61,465 nt of DNA, filler included, from Candidatus Desantisbacteria bacterium CG1_02_49_89 (GCA_001871075.1; 5 parts of 5 records of this genome joined end to end with filler, not necessarily neighbours in it); one strand, 5' to 3'; positions 17,765-27,700 are shown, numbered from the whole stretch's first letter. Numbers and translations: made by a program. The notes: generated by a model not told the origin, from the letters alone.

Positions 17765-19273
17765 TTAACTGTTTTTAAGTATCTCCCTGACTACTTCCCT
17801 GTCGTCAAAATGTATGGTTTTATCCGCGAGTATCTGGTAATCCTCATGCCCTTTTCCGGCGATCACAACAAGGTCTCCCTGCCCCGCTGCCGAGCAGGCT
17901 TTTTCGATCGCCTCCCTGCGGTCAACGAAAGTGTAATATTCCCCCATGGGCTTTACTTTCTGTATCCCGGACTCTGTGTCCAGTATGATGCGCAGGGGAT
18001 CTTCCCTTCTCGGATTATCCGAAGTGAGTATGCACAAGTCGCTGCATGAAGCCGCTATCTCGCCCATGATAGGCCGCTTGCTCCTGTCCCTTTCGCCCCC
18101 GCACCCGAAAACCACTATGAGCTTCTTCTTTGCTAGCTCCCTTGCAGCTATGAGCAGGTCTTTAAGCGCCTCCGGCGTATGGGCGTAATCCACTATCACG
18201 TAAAAACCCCTGCCCTTTATTTTTTCAAACCTTCCGGGAACGTTTGCGACAGACTCTATGCCTTCCTTTATTTCCTCTATCGGGATCCCTTCGGCGATCG
18301 CGCTTGCCGCGGCAGCCAGCGCGTTGTATATGTTGAACTTGCCGGTCATTTTCAGGTTCACGTCTGTCTTGCCCGCTGGTGTTACCATCTCGAACGATAT
18401 TTTCTCCATGTCCATGTGCAGGGGGACAGCGCTGACCTGGGCTGCCGGGGAAAAACCGTATGTTATTTTTCTTGCCTTTGTAGAATCCATGATCTCCCTG
18501 GCGCAGGCGTCATCAAGGTTCACGACCGCGATCTTGTCCTTCTTGGCCCCGGGCCTGTCAAGGCCCTGGAACAGCTTCATTTTCGCCTTAAGATATTCTT
18601 CCTTGGTCTGGTGAAAATCCAGGTGGTCAAGGCCAAGGTTGGTGAATATTGCCTGGTCAAACTCTATGGCATCCACGCGGTGCAGCATAAGTGAGTGGGA
18701 AGAAACCTCTATAACAGCGTATTCCTCTCCCGCGTCCGCTGAATGCCTGAACATGAACTCAATGTCCGACGCTTCGGGTGTTGTCCTGCCTGCGGGGAAA
18801 GAATCCCCGCCCGCCTCGTAAACTATGGTACCTATAAGCCCGGCTTTTTTGCCGTGCCTTTCAAGTATCGACCGGAGTATGTAGGTCGTTGTGGTCTTGC
18901 CGTTCGTGCCTGTAACGCCTATAACGCGAAGGCTTCTGTCGGGATGATCATAGAATTCCGCCGCGAGCTTTCCCAGGCTTACCCTCGTATCACCGACCTT
19001 GACAAGCACGCTGCCCGCGGGAACGTCAGGCTTCCCGTTGCTTATGACCGCGCCCGCGCCTTTTTTAAGCGCGTCCGGCACGAATTCGTTCCCGTCCATA
19101 TTGAATCCGGGCATGCACGCAAAAATAAAATCTTTTTTCACCTTTCTTGAATCGTATGTTATTCCTTCCACAGGGATGTCGTTTATCATGAGATCATCCG
19201 GGCTTATCTGCGCGCCGCCCCTGAATAGCTGGGCTTTGTCCAGAACTCCGATCAGCTGCGATAATTTTTTCAT
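17765..19273 (-). CDS. murE: UDP-MurNAc-dipeptide--meso-DAP ligase
   Basis: GVTGTNGKTT, EVSSH, DHLDFH, DYAHTP, DNPR (meso-DAP-type motif), GKGHE. Confidence 0.97.
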   Translation of the reverse strand: MKKLSQLIGVLDKAQLFRGGAQISPDDLMINDIPVEGITYDSRKVKKDFIFACMPGFNMDGNEFVPDALKKGAGAVISNGKPDVPAGSVLVKVGDTRVSLGKLAAEFYDHPDRSLRVIGVTGTNGKTTTTYILRSILERHGKKAGLIGTIVYEAGGDSFPAGRTTPEASDIEFMFRHSADAGEEYAVIEVSSHSLMLHRVDAIEFDQAIFTNLGLDHLDFHQTKEEYLKAKMKLFQGLDRPGAKKDKIAVVNLDDACAREIMDSTKARKITYGFSPAAQVSAVPLHMDMEKISFEMVTPAGKTDVNLKMTGKFNIYNALAAAASAIAEGIPIEEIKEGIESVANVPGRFEKIKGRGFYVIVDYAHTPEALKDLLIAARELAKKKLIVVFGCGGERDRSKRPIMGEIAASCSDLCILTSDNPRREDPLRIILDTESGIQKVKPMGEYYTFVDRREAIEKACSAAGQGDLVVIAGKGHEDYQILADKTIHFDDREVVREILKNS

Positions 19274-19665
19274 CCCCTTTCCTTTCCCTTTTCAGATTAT
19301 ATTGTAGATTGCAGATTTAAGATTGTAGATTGAAAAATCCGTGTTTATATTTTGTTTTGCTCCGATAGAGTCCGAAGACTCATGCGGAGTCCTTCAGACC
19401 GGTTTAGCCTGTTTTGCTGGTTGAACTTTTGCTTTTTGTTTTTTTACCTGAAAAACGCATAAAACATCCTATATTTTTATCACTTCTCGTCGGATCTCTC
19501 ATTAAGAGACTTTGCAAATTGTTTAGAATGTTATAAGATAATAAACATTTCTAAGGTTGTTTCCCGAGTATAACAAAAGAAAGCTCTCTTTATTGATTTG
19601 CAAATTATTGAAGAAAAAGTAACTCTCTAAAGTAAAAAAATCTGTTCTTTCGAGGGGAATTTGTA

Positions 19666-19765
19666 NNNNNNNNNNNNNNNNNNNNNNNNNNNNNNNNNNN
19701 NNNNNNNNNTTAATTAATTAANNNNNNNNNNNNNNNNNNNNNNNNNNNNNNNNNNNNNNNNNNNN
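19666..19765. other. Artificial contig spacer
   Basis: N-run with central TTAATTAATTAA. Confidence 0.99.
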
Positions 19766-20356
19766 CAGTATGCCGTATTTGCCGTGCTTCATCTGGTGCC
19801 TGGGGCCGTACGAGTTGTTGATGCGCAGGCTGCAGACCTTCAGCCCGTACGAATTGGCGTAAAGGAAATGGTATTTTTCGCCCGCGGTCTTGTTGACGCC
19901 GTAAACGTCGGTCGGGTTCAGGGGATGCTCTTCGTCAACGGGAACGTATTTCACCCTCCCGTACTGGCCCCTTGTTCCGGCATAAATTATTTTTACTGAC
20001 GGATTTAGCCTGCGGCATGCTTCGAGGAAGATTATGTTGCCCCTGCAGTTAATGTCCACGTCCAGGAGGGGGTCTGTCATGCTGTCTATGTGGCTGGTCT
20101 GGGCCGCTATATGGAATATTATTTCTTTATCTTTTACCGCCTTTCCCAGGACGGCTTCATCCCTTAAATCCCCTATTATTACATCTACTTTATCATTTAT
20201 ATCTTTTATATTAAATAGGCTGCCGCCGTACAGCGGAAGCATAGCGTCAAACACAGACACCTTTGCCCCGCGGCTAACCAGACTTACGGCAAGGTTGCTT
20301 CCCAGGAACCCCAGCCCTCCGGTTATCAAAATGTTCTTTTTATCATAAAATTCCAT
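19766..20356 (-). CDS. NAD-dependent epimerase/dehydratase (3'-truncated by contig end)
   Basis: ITGGLGFLGS, HIAAQ, YGVNK (YxxxK), NSYGP. Confidence 0.9.
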
Positions 20357-20411
20357 AAAATCATTATCCTGTGATCATTGTTCTGTATTCAATACCATCC
20401 AAATTTATTCT

Positions 20412-20440
20412 ATTATATCATATTATATTTAAAATGTCAA
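20412..20440 (-). promoter_or_regulatory. Consensus sigma70 promoter for the epimerase
   Basis: TTGACA-N17-TATAAT with a TGn extended -10. Confidence 0.75.
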
Positions 20441-20453
20441 ACTTTGCGGGATT

Positions 20454-21218
20454 TCATTCTGAAAACCTGTATTTTATCAGGGTCCATATGGCTTCCAGCC
20501 CGTCCTTCCAGCTTATCTTCTTGCCCTCTTCCATCGAACGGGGCTCGTAGCTTATGGGGATTTCCAATATCCTGTGGCCCCTGCGGCTTATCTTCGCGGT
20601 CACTTCAGGGCAGAACTCAAAACGCCTGCATTTCAGGTCTATGCCCTTTATGACATCGGCCCTGAAGGCCTTGTAGCAGGTCGGCTCGTCCGTGATCCTG
20701 GTCCCGTAAAGCAGGTTCGTCAGGAAAGAAAGGAACTTGCCGCCCAGGTAAAAACTCCAGTAGGATTTCCTGCCGGAACCCGTTATCCTGGAACCGTAAA
20801 CAACGACGGCTTCCCCTTTTATTATCGGCTCGATCAGTTTCAGGTAATCGTTAGGGTCATATTCAAGGTCCGCGTCCTGTATGATGACCGCTTCTCCGGT
20901 CACTGCCTTAAGCCCGGTCCTTATCGCCATTCCCTTCCCCTGGTTCTTTTCATGAAAAATCACCTTAATCTCGTCGTGCGTCGTACGTCTTACGTCGTAC
21001 GTTTTAAGCATATCGCGCATGCAGTCACCAGAATCAACATCTACTTGACTCTTGATACTTGACTCTTGATACTGTTTAAGGAGCTCCCGCGTGCCGTCGG
21101 TTGAGCCGTCGTCAACGATTATGATCTCCTTATCGACCCTGACAGCCCTGACCTTCTCAAGCAGGCTTAAGATCGTGTTCTTCTCGTTATAAACCGGGAT
21201 TATCACCGACAGTTTCAT
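20454..21218 (-). CDS. GT2 glycosyltransferase (DPM-synthase-like) with repeat-encoded insert
   Basis: SVIIPVYNE, VDDGSTDGT, NQGKG, QDADLEYDP. Confidence 0.92.
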   Translation of the reverse strand: MKLSVIIPVYNEKNTILSLLEKVRAVRVDKEIIIVDDGSTDGTRELLKQYQESSIKSQVDVDSGDCMRDMLKTYDVRRTTHDEIKVIFHEKNQGKGMAIRTGLKAVTGEAVIIQDADLEYDPNDYLKLIEPIIKGEAVVVYGSRITGSGRKSYWSFYLGGKFLSFLTNLLYGTRITDEPTCYKAFRADVIKGIDLKCRRFEFCPEVTAKISRRGHRILEIPISYEPRSMEEGKKISWKDGLEAIWTLIKYRFSE

Positions 21219-22411
21219 TTCTTACCCCTGTAGACAGAACTGATGGTATAGCTGGCGAATATGATAAGGTACGGCTCTATGGGAAGCCTGTACCTCAGCG
21301 ACGACACAAAAGCAAGGTTTACGAGCATGGTGTAGAGTATCAGGTAATAAATGAACATCAGGTTTTTTCTGTTCCAGTAAGTCAGCATCAAGCCGGGTAT
21401 GAAAAGGAGAAGCACCGGGCCGAAACTCAGCATGCTTATCATATTGTTCCTTTTTGAAAAATACCGCGGGTCTTCGGTATTGAGGCCGATGTTCCAGAAC
21501 CTCTTAAACTTGCTCAGGCACAACAACGCGAACCTGCCCGGGTCCTGCCTGATAACCTTCAGGGTCTCGTTTCGAAGATATTTGTCCCTCTGCACCTCGT
21601 CCATGCCTGTTGTGTCGGGAAAATATGAGCACGGGCCGCCGGTTGTGTTCCGGGGATTGTTCCCCTCCCAGAAGGTCCACCCGCCCATTGTTGAAAGCGG
21701 CACAAACCTGCCGAAGGCCATATAGTTCCTGGCAGCCCAGGGAGACAGGACCGCGCATACGAGCGCCAGGACCACGACAAACGTTCCCAGCGCGTCCCGC
21801 GCCTTCATCAGGACGAACAACCCGACCAGGATAAAAATAAGGAAGCCCGCGATCTCCGCCCTGCACATGATCACTCCGCCGAACACCAGTGACGCCCACG
21901 CGTATTTCCTCGTTATTAAAAGCCACATGAAAAGGCATAGCAGGAATATGTACAGCGTTTCGGTCAGCACCGCCCCGCTGTAATACACGAAGAACGGGTA
22001 AAAAGCGGATATGATCGCCGCGATCCTCCCGACCCTGTGCGCGTGCTCGTCTTCCGCAAAAACAGTGATCGTGATCAGGTACACGAAAAAGCAGGTCAGC
22101 GCCGAGATCACTGCCTGGATGACCCTTACCGCGAAAAGATTGCCGGCCCCGAAGACCTTGTAGATCCCCGCCAGGAAAAATGAATACAGCGGCATCCTGT
22201 ACGCGGTCGGGGCGGTATCGATGATCACGCCCTTGCCGGCGATGATATTGAGCGCCATCTGGTTCCACTGAAGCGAATCGTCAAAATAGAACAGGCCTGA
22301 CTCGAGAGTAAAAATGTAAAGCAGGCGCCCTATGAACGCAATGATCGTCAGCAGCAGTACGAACTGCCAGTCAATGCTTATCTCGATTTCCCGTAAGTCT
22401 TTCATAGACAC
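21215..22411 (-). CDS. ArnT/PMT-like (GT-C) multi-TM glycosyltransferase
   Basis: Many TM helices; AYRMPLY, LTETLY, PW..RNY, GNNP, RYRLP.EP. Confidence 0.8.
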   Translation of the reverse strand: MSMKDLREIEISIDWQFVLLLTIIAFIGRLLYIFTLESGLFYFDDSLQWNQMALNIIAGKGVIIDTAPTAYRMPLYSFFLAGIYKVFGAGNLFAVRVIQAVISALTCFFVYLITITVFAEDEHAHRVGRIAAIISAFYPFFVYYSGAVLTETLYIFLLCLFMWLLITRKYAWASLVFGGVIMCRAEIAGFLIFILVGLFVLMKARDALGTFVVVLALVCAVLSPWAARNYMAFGRFVPLSTMGGWTFWEGNNPRNTTGGPCSYFPDTTGMDEVQRDKYLRNETLKVIRQDPGRFALLCLSKFKRFWNIGLNTEDPRYFSKRNNMISMLSFGPVLLLFIPGLMLTYWNRKNLMFIYYLILYTMLVNLAFVSSLRYRLPIEPYLIIFASYTISSVYRGKK

Positions 22412-23510
22412 CCTCCGTTTTACTTATCATTTTTTCTATGCCGAACTCAGACCCGGCTTTTTTTCTGCCCGCCTCGCCCATTTTTTTCGCAAGTTCCGGG
22501 GAACCCGCAAGCGCTTCGATCGCTTTTTCAAGTGCGGGCACGTCCCCCGGAGGCACGAGCAAACCGGTCTCCCCCTCAACAACAGCCTCCGGTATTCCCC
22601 CGGCCCTGCTCGCTATCACGGGCTTTCCTGACGCCATCGCCTCGATCACGGAAACCGGAAAACCCTCCCACAGCGACGGCAGAACGAATATGTCTATGGC
22701 GGCAAGCACCCGCGGTATCTCGTCCCTGAACCCGGCGAATACGGTGTCGTTGCTCACGCCAAGCTTATCCGCCAGGTCCTTCAGCTCCCCCTCAAGTTTT
22801 CCTTCTCCGACCACCAGAAGCTTCAGTCGTACGTCGGGCGTCGTACGTCGGACGTTTTGAAATGCCTTAAGGAGAAACTTGTGGCCTTTGACCGCGCGCA
22901 GGTTCGCTATAATGCCTAACACCGTATCGCCAGGCGCAAACCCGAAGGCTTTTCTGGCAGCACCCGCATCAGCACCGCAGGCGGCGGCGGCGAATTTTTC
23001 CGCGTTAATGCCGTTGTGTATCGTGATGACCCTTGCCGGATCGATCTTTTCCCTTTCGATGAGCGCCTTTCTTCCTGCCTCGGAATTTGAGATTATAAGG
23101 TTACACAGGCCTGATGTCCATTTGTCTAGAGCCGAATGCCAGGGCTTCCTCCATTTGTCAACACTCCTCTGGCTGGAAATTATGACCGGAACCCCGCACA
23201 TCCTGCCGGCTATCCTGCCTGCTATGTTCGCGTGGAAAAGGAACGTGTGAAGTATACCGGGTTTTTCCTTCCTCAGCATCGGGATAATGCCGCAGAGCGC
23301 GGGCAGGTCGGTCCTGGATCCCGCGTTAAGGGTTACCGCCTTAACGCCCAGCTTTTCCGCCTCGGGGAGCAGCGCTCCGCCGGGTTTTATGGCGCACAGA
23401 AAAGGCTCGTATTTATTCCTGTCCAGGCCTTCCAGGAGGGCCAGTATCATGCGCTCGGTACCGCCTATTTTTGAATCAGTCGTGAAATAAAAGATCTTCG
23501 TCCTGCTCAT
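22371..23510 (-). CDS. GT4 glycosyltransferase
   Basis: GGTER, IHNGI, KGH, FVLPSLWEGFP..VIEAMASG.PV. Confidence 0.93.
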   Translation of the reverse strand: MSRTKIFYFTTDSKIGGTERMILALLEGLDRNKYEPFLCAIKPGGALLPEAEKLGVKAVTLNAGSRTDLPALCGIIPMLRKEKPGILHTFLFHANIAGRIAGRMCGVPVIISSQRSVDKWRKPWHSALDKWTSGLCNLIISNSEAGRKALIEREKIDPARVITIHNGINAEKFAAAACGADAGAARKAFGFAPGDTVLGIIANLRAVKGHKFLLKAFQNVRRTTPDVRLKLLVVGEGKLEGELKDLADKLGVSNDTVFAGFRDEIPRVLAAIDIFVLPSLWEGFPVSVIEAMASGKPVIASRAGGIPEAVVEGETGLLVPPGDVPALEKAIEALAGSPELAKKMGEAGRKKAGSEFGIEKMISKTEGVYERLTGNRDKH

Positions 23511-24739
23511 GTTTTGGGTTTATCCTTTAATTTCGTCCACAGCATCCATAGCCCGTAAGAGGCAAAAAGGATCAGGTACGGCTCCACAGGCATCCGGTAA
23601 CGGATCGTAGCCCTGACAAGCACATGGGTCCCGCAGTAATAAATCATAAAAAAATATAAAAGAGAAAGTTTTTTCCAGTTCTTAAGCGACATAAAAAAAC
23701 CGGCAAGCGCAAGCGCGAAAAGCGGTATGGTGTAAGCCGCGCTGGCCGCGACATGCATTGCCGAATAAGGCTGGCCCGGGCCGGAAATGCGGTGCGGGAA
23801 AGGCCTCCAGAAATTCAGGAGCCTGCGCCCCACATACTTAATGTAAGTAACCGGGTTTTTCTTTATGAATTCGATTGCCCTGCCCGCGAGCGTGCGGTTC
23901 GTTTCCAGTTCGCCCATATTGCTGAATTCTTCGGGCTTGTAATAATAAGCGACGCCGCTGGGGTCATCTTTGAAAGAATCGGGATTGTTGTTTATGTAGA
24001 GCGCCTGACCGCTGTCCGTTGAATTCAGGAGGAACGCATGGTGTATCCGGTAATTCCTTATTATCCAGGGAGAAACAACAGCCGCCATGACCAGGACCAT
24101 AACCGCAAATTTTACGGCGATCTCCTTTTTCCCGCGGTAGTTCAGGAGCATCCAGGCAAGTATAAAAACAAAGAAGAGGCTCAAGATCGTCCTGCACAGG
24201 ACTGCCAGGCCGAGGAACAAACCGCAGAACGCGTAATTGGAAACGGATGGCTTTTCCGTGTCCCTTGCCAGGAAAAATAAAAAGGATAAGATCAGGAAAA
24301 GTGTGAGGCTCTCGGGAGCGAGGTAACCGGAGAAAAATATAAATGTCGGGTACAGCGCCGTGGCAGCGCACGCGAGAGTTCCCGCCGGCCTGCCGAAAAA
24401 TCTTTTGCCCGTGTAATAAACCAGCACCGCGGAAACCGAGCTGATCAGGGCGACGGATATTTTTGCCGCAAGGTAGTTACGCCCGAAAAAGAAGAACGGC
24501 ACCGAGAGGAACAGCGGGAAAGCGGGCGGGCGCCAGGAATAAAAAAGACCTGACGTGAAAGCGATAGGGTTTGCCACCGCGTATCCTTTCCCGCTGATAA
24601 GGTTAAGCGCGAGCTGGTCCCACCAGTCATCCCACACGTTCACCGTGTTGTCCAGGCTCAGGATCCACGCCAGCCTTATCAGAAAAGCTGCCGCCACCGC
24701 CGCCAGAAGAAACAATCTTTCCTTTTTATCAGATCCCAA
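23507..24739 (-). CDS. ArnT/PMT-like (GT-C) multi-TM glycosyltransferase
   Basis: Paralog of 21215-22411; RPP, PWIIRNY, RYRMPVEPY. Confidence 0.8.
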   Translation of the reverse strand: MGSDKKERLFLLAAVAAAFLIRLAWILSLDNTVNVWDDWWDQLALNLISGKGYAVANPIAFTSGLFYSWRPPAFPLFLSVPFFFFGRNYLAAKISVALISSVSAVLVYYTGKRFFGRPAGTLACAATALYPTFIFFSGYLAPESLTLFLILSFLFFLARDTEKPSVSNYAFCGLFLGLAVLCRTILSLFFVFILAWMLLNYRGKKEIAVKFAVMVLVMAAVVSPWIIRNYRIHHAFLLNSTDSGQALYINNNPDSFKDDPSGVAYYYKPEEFSNMGELETNRTLAGRAIEFIKKNPVTYIKYVGRRLLNFWRPFPHRISGPGQPYSAMHVAASAAYTIPLFALALAGFFMSLKNWKKLSLLYFFMIYYCGTHVLVRATIRYRMPVEPYLILFASYGLWMLWTKLKDKPKT

Positions 24740-25484
24740 TCCCGGCCTCCGTGCCTTTTTTTCTGTATTTCAGGTTCCCGTCCCTGTATTTTTTCCAGAA
24801 ATCAGCCATGCTCTTCATTGTGCCCCGGATAAGGCTCCATTTCGCCCCGGAACCCGTTCCCTCCGCGCGCCTGTAATGGGTCACGCCTGTTTCGGCGATC
24901 CTGTACCCGGCGAGCGCGGCTTTTATCACAAGCTCCGAATCGATAAATACCGAGGGGAATTCAATATCGATATGCTCGAGCACTTCCCTTTTGAACAGCT
25001 TGAAAGAACAGTTGAAATCGCGGAAACGCAGGCCTGTCATGGCGCGGGTAAGCGAATTATAGACCCATGACTGGAATTTTCTGCGCCAGTCCTCAACACG
25101 GTTGGCCCTGTAGCCGATGACGACATCGTTATCTTTCATCATGGGCAGCAGCTTTTTCAGCTCGCCGATGTCGAATTGCCCGTCACCGTCCGTGTAGAAA
25201 ACCAGGTCATATCCGGAACGCCCGGGATCCGTAAAACCGGTCTTGAGGGCCTCGCCGTACCCGCGGTTGACCGGATGGTGTATGACCCTGACGTTTTTGT
25301 GTTTTCCGGCCAGCCTGTCAGCCAGTTCTCCGGTTTTGTCCGGGCTCCCGTCCTCCACGATAGTGATCCTGAAATCGCCTGCTACCTCGGACAGGATGGC
25401 TATTGCCGCGGAAACCACCCCTTCAAGATTGCCCTCATCCTTATACGCGGGGCAGAAAAAATATATAGAAGGTTTTTTATCCAT
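24729..25484 (-). CDS. GT2 glycosyltransferase
   Basis: PAYKDE, EDGSPD, NRGYG, TDGDGQFD, DFNCSFKL. Confidence 0.9.
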   Translation of the reverse strand: MDKKPSIYFFCPAYKDEGNLEGVVSAAIAILSEVAGDFRITIVEDGSPDKTGELADRLAGKHKNVRVIHHPVNRGYGEALKTGFTDPGRSGYDLVFYTDGDGQFDIGELKKLLPMMKDNDVVIGYRANRVEDWRRKFQSWVYNSLTRAMTGLRFRDFNCSFKLFKREVLEHIDIEFPSVFIDSELVIKAALAGYRIAETGVTHYRRAEGTGSGAKWSLIRGTMKSMADFWKKYRDGNLKYRKKGTEAGIGI

Positions 25485-25644
25485 TTTAAAATTATCCCCT
25501 CACCCCCCGAACCAGTCGCTACGCTCCGGTTCAGGGCAAGCCCATTCTCTCTATCTACCCACCCTCACCTCAATCCTCCCCCGTCCCACCCAGAAAGATT
25601 GGCGGGTCTTCGACAAGGGGGAGGAAGACTAATGAAGGTATTTT

Positions 25645-26487
25645 TTACTGCAGCCAGTTTTTCAGATATTCGCTAAGGGCTTCCTGCCACGGCCTCATTT
25701 TGTGCACGCCCAGCAGTTCAAGCTTGTAATTCCTCATCGCTTCCGAATCCGCCCTGGGCGCCGGGAGCGGGAAAACCGATGAAGGCACCGGCTCCACCGG
25801 AGTTTTTTTGCCCAGGATCTTCCCTATCTCCACGGCAACGTCATACCTGCTGCACACGCCGGTGTTCGCCATGTGGTAAAGGCCGAAATAACCGGTCGTG
25901 ATCAATTTTTTAATACCTTCCAGAAGATCGCGCGCGTACGTGGGGGTGCCTGTCTTGTCGTTCACGGCAAGGATCTTGTCCTTTTCGCCGAACTGCCTTA
26001 CTATCTTACCGACAAACTTTTTGTCTTTTTCCCTGCCGCCGATCATCCATCCGGCCCTGACGATATAGTACCTGTCCAGCAAAAACCGGACTATTTTCTC
26101 GCCTTCCCATTTTGCGCGCCCGTAGATATTCGCGGGATCCGGCTGGTCAAATTCCGTATACGGCTCGGATTTCCCGCCCCCAAAAACTCCCGCAGTGCTG
26201 ATGTAGATCATTACCGCTCCGGCTTCCTGGCAGGCAAGCGCGACATTCTGCGTCCCCAGCGCGTTGGTCAGATACGCGTGGTCCGCTTCTTTTTCGCACC
26301 TGTCCACATCTGTCTCCGCGGCAAGGTGCAGAACGAATTCAGGCTTCCTTTTTTTGATCTCGTTCCTGACTTTCACGGGATCCGTTACGTCAAGGGTGTC
26401 TATGTCCGTAAGAACGAGCTTCCCGCCGCTGAAAACCTCTTCCAGGTAACTGCCCACCATTCCGTTAGCGCCGGTCACGAATATCAT
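25645..26487 (-). CDS. rmlD: dTDP-4-dehydrorhamnose reductase (paralog 1)
   Basis: VTGANGMVG, AA.TDVD.CE, YGRAKWEGE, GTPTY, APR. Confidence 0.85.
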   Translation of the reverse strand: MIFVTGANGMVGSYLEEVFSGGKLVLTDIDTLDVTDPVKVRNEIKKRKPEFVLHLAAETDVDRCEKEADHAYLTNALGTQNVALACQEAGAVMIYISTAGVFGGGKSEPYTEFDQPDPANIYGRAKWEGEKIVRFLLDRYYIVRAGWMIGGREKDKKFVGKIVRQFGEKDKILAVNDKTGTPTYARDLLEGIKKLITTGYFGLYHMANTGVCSRYDVAVEIGKILGKKTPVEPVPSSVFPLPAPRADSEAMRNYKLELLGVHKMRPWQEALSEYLKNWLQ

Positions 26488-26633
26488 GCCTTCTCCTTAT
26501 AAAATGATTACGGTGATTTCAAAAGAGATTACGGTGATTATATTAAGTGTCAAGTGTCAAGTATCAAGTGTCAAGCTTGAAACTAAAATAATATTTCGTG
26601 CTTTCGTGACACTTTCGTGATTTCGTGGAAATT

Positions 26634-27590
26634 TCAGAGTTTCCAGGTCGAAAGATAATCTTTCAGCGCGTCCTGCCAGGTTCCCATTTTCGCCATCCCA
26701 AGCAGTTTTAACTTGTAGCTTTCCAGCGCTTCAGAGCGCGCCCTGGGAGCGGGCGACGGGAAACGGGACGAATCAACGGGCCTGACAGGGATGTTCTTCC
26801 CCAGTATCCTGCCTATCTCCACGGCAACGTCATACCTGCTGCACACGCCGGTGTTCGCCATGTGATAAAGCCCGTAATAACCGGTCTTCATCAGATCCCT
26901 TATCCCCTCTACCAGCTGCGGAGCGTATGTAAGGGTCCCGTGCTTGTCGTTCACCGCGAGGATCTCGGGCCCGGGCGTCCCAGCTTGCCGGGCGTCACGG
27001 GGCGCCCGAACTTGTTCGGGGTCACGGGGTGCCCGAACTTGTTCGGGGTCACGGGGCGCCCGAACTTGTTCGGGGATTTCTATTTCCCTGAACTGCCTTA
27101 CTATTTTCCCCACGAACTTCTTGTCCTTTTCCTGGCCGCCGCCTATCATCCATCCGGCCCTGACTATGTAATATTTCTTCAGGAGGCCCTGCACCGCCTT
27201 CTCGCCTTCCAGCTTTGTCCGGCCGTAGGTATTGGCGGGGCTGGGCCCGTCGAATTCCGTGTACGGCCCCTCTTTTTTTCCGTCGAAAACACCCGAAGTG
27301 CTGACGTACACCATGACTGCGCCGGTTTCCTGGCAGGCAAGCGCCACGTTCTGCGTGCCGATGGTGTTTGAAAGGAAGGCGTCATCCGGCTCGATCTGGC
27401 ACCTGTCCACGTCGGTCTTCGCCGCAAGATGGATAACAAAATCAGGCTTTGCCTTTTTAACCGCCTTCATTACCCCGGCGGGATCCTTTATATCCAGCGT
27501 GTCTATGTCGGTAGCGATCAGCTCTTTTTCTTTAAAGAATTTGCTGACATAGCTGCCCACCATGCCGTTGGCGCCTGTAACGAAAATCAT
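26634..27590 (-). CDS. rmlD: dTDP-4-dehydrorhamnose reductase (paralog 2, with 3x PEQVRAPRD insertion)
   Basis: Same motifs as paralog 1. Start ATG 27590 has an AGGAG SD. Confidence 0.85.
   Translation of the reverse strand: MIFVTGANGMVGSYVSKFFKEKELIATDIDTLDIKDPAGVMKAVKKAKPDFVIHLAAKTDVDRCQIEPDDAFLSNTIGTQNVALACQETGAVMVYVSTSGVFDGKKEGPYTEFDGPSPANTYGRTKLEGEKAVQGLLKKYYIVRAGWMIGGGQEKDKKFVGKIVRQFREIEIPEQVRAPRDPEQVRAPRDPEQVRAPRDARQAGTPGPEILAVNDKHGTLTYAPQLVEGIRDLMKTGYYGLYHMANTGVCSRYDVAVEIGRILGKNIPVRPVDSSRFPSPAPRARSEALESYKLKLLGMAKMGTWQDALKDYLSTWKL
26994..27074. repeat. 3 x 27-nt tandem repeat GTCACGGGGCGCCCGAACTTGTTCGGG
   Basis: Three units with a single C/T difference; each contains the hairpin CCCGAAC-TT-GTTCGGG. 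Confidence 0.95.
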
Positions 27591-27700
27591 CTGTTCTCCT
27601 TTGATAAAATTCCTCAAGGTATCTTTTGACACAGATTTACACAGATTGGCACAGATCTTACTTTTTCGGTTAATAATATTACAAAAAACAAAATTCCTGT

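Noticed and set aside
2396-18694. Long plus-strand ORFs over the dcw cluster and OmpA gene (e.g. 2396-3124, 8001-8885, 13795-14913)
   Set aside because: Antisense shadows of well-supported genes, with no recognisable motifs.
19340-19665. Possible IS or MITE end upstream of murE (GAGTCCGAAGACTC hairpin, weak inverted repeats)
   Set aside because: No convincing terminal repeat pair or transposase frame, and the region is cut by the contig end.
26994-27074. CRISPR array candidate with a palindromic 27-nt repeat
   Set aside because: No unique spacers; it is a head-to-tail tandem repeat in frame within rmlD.
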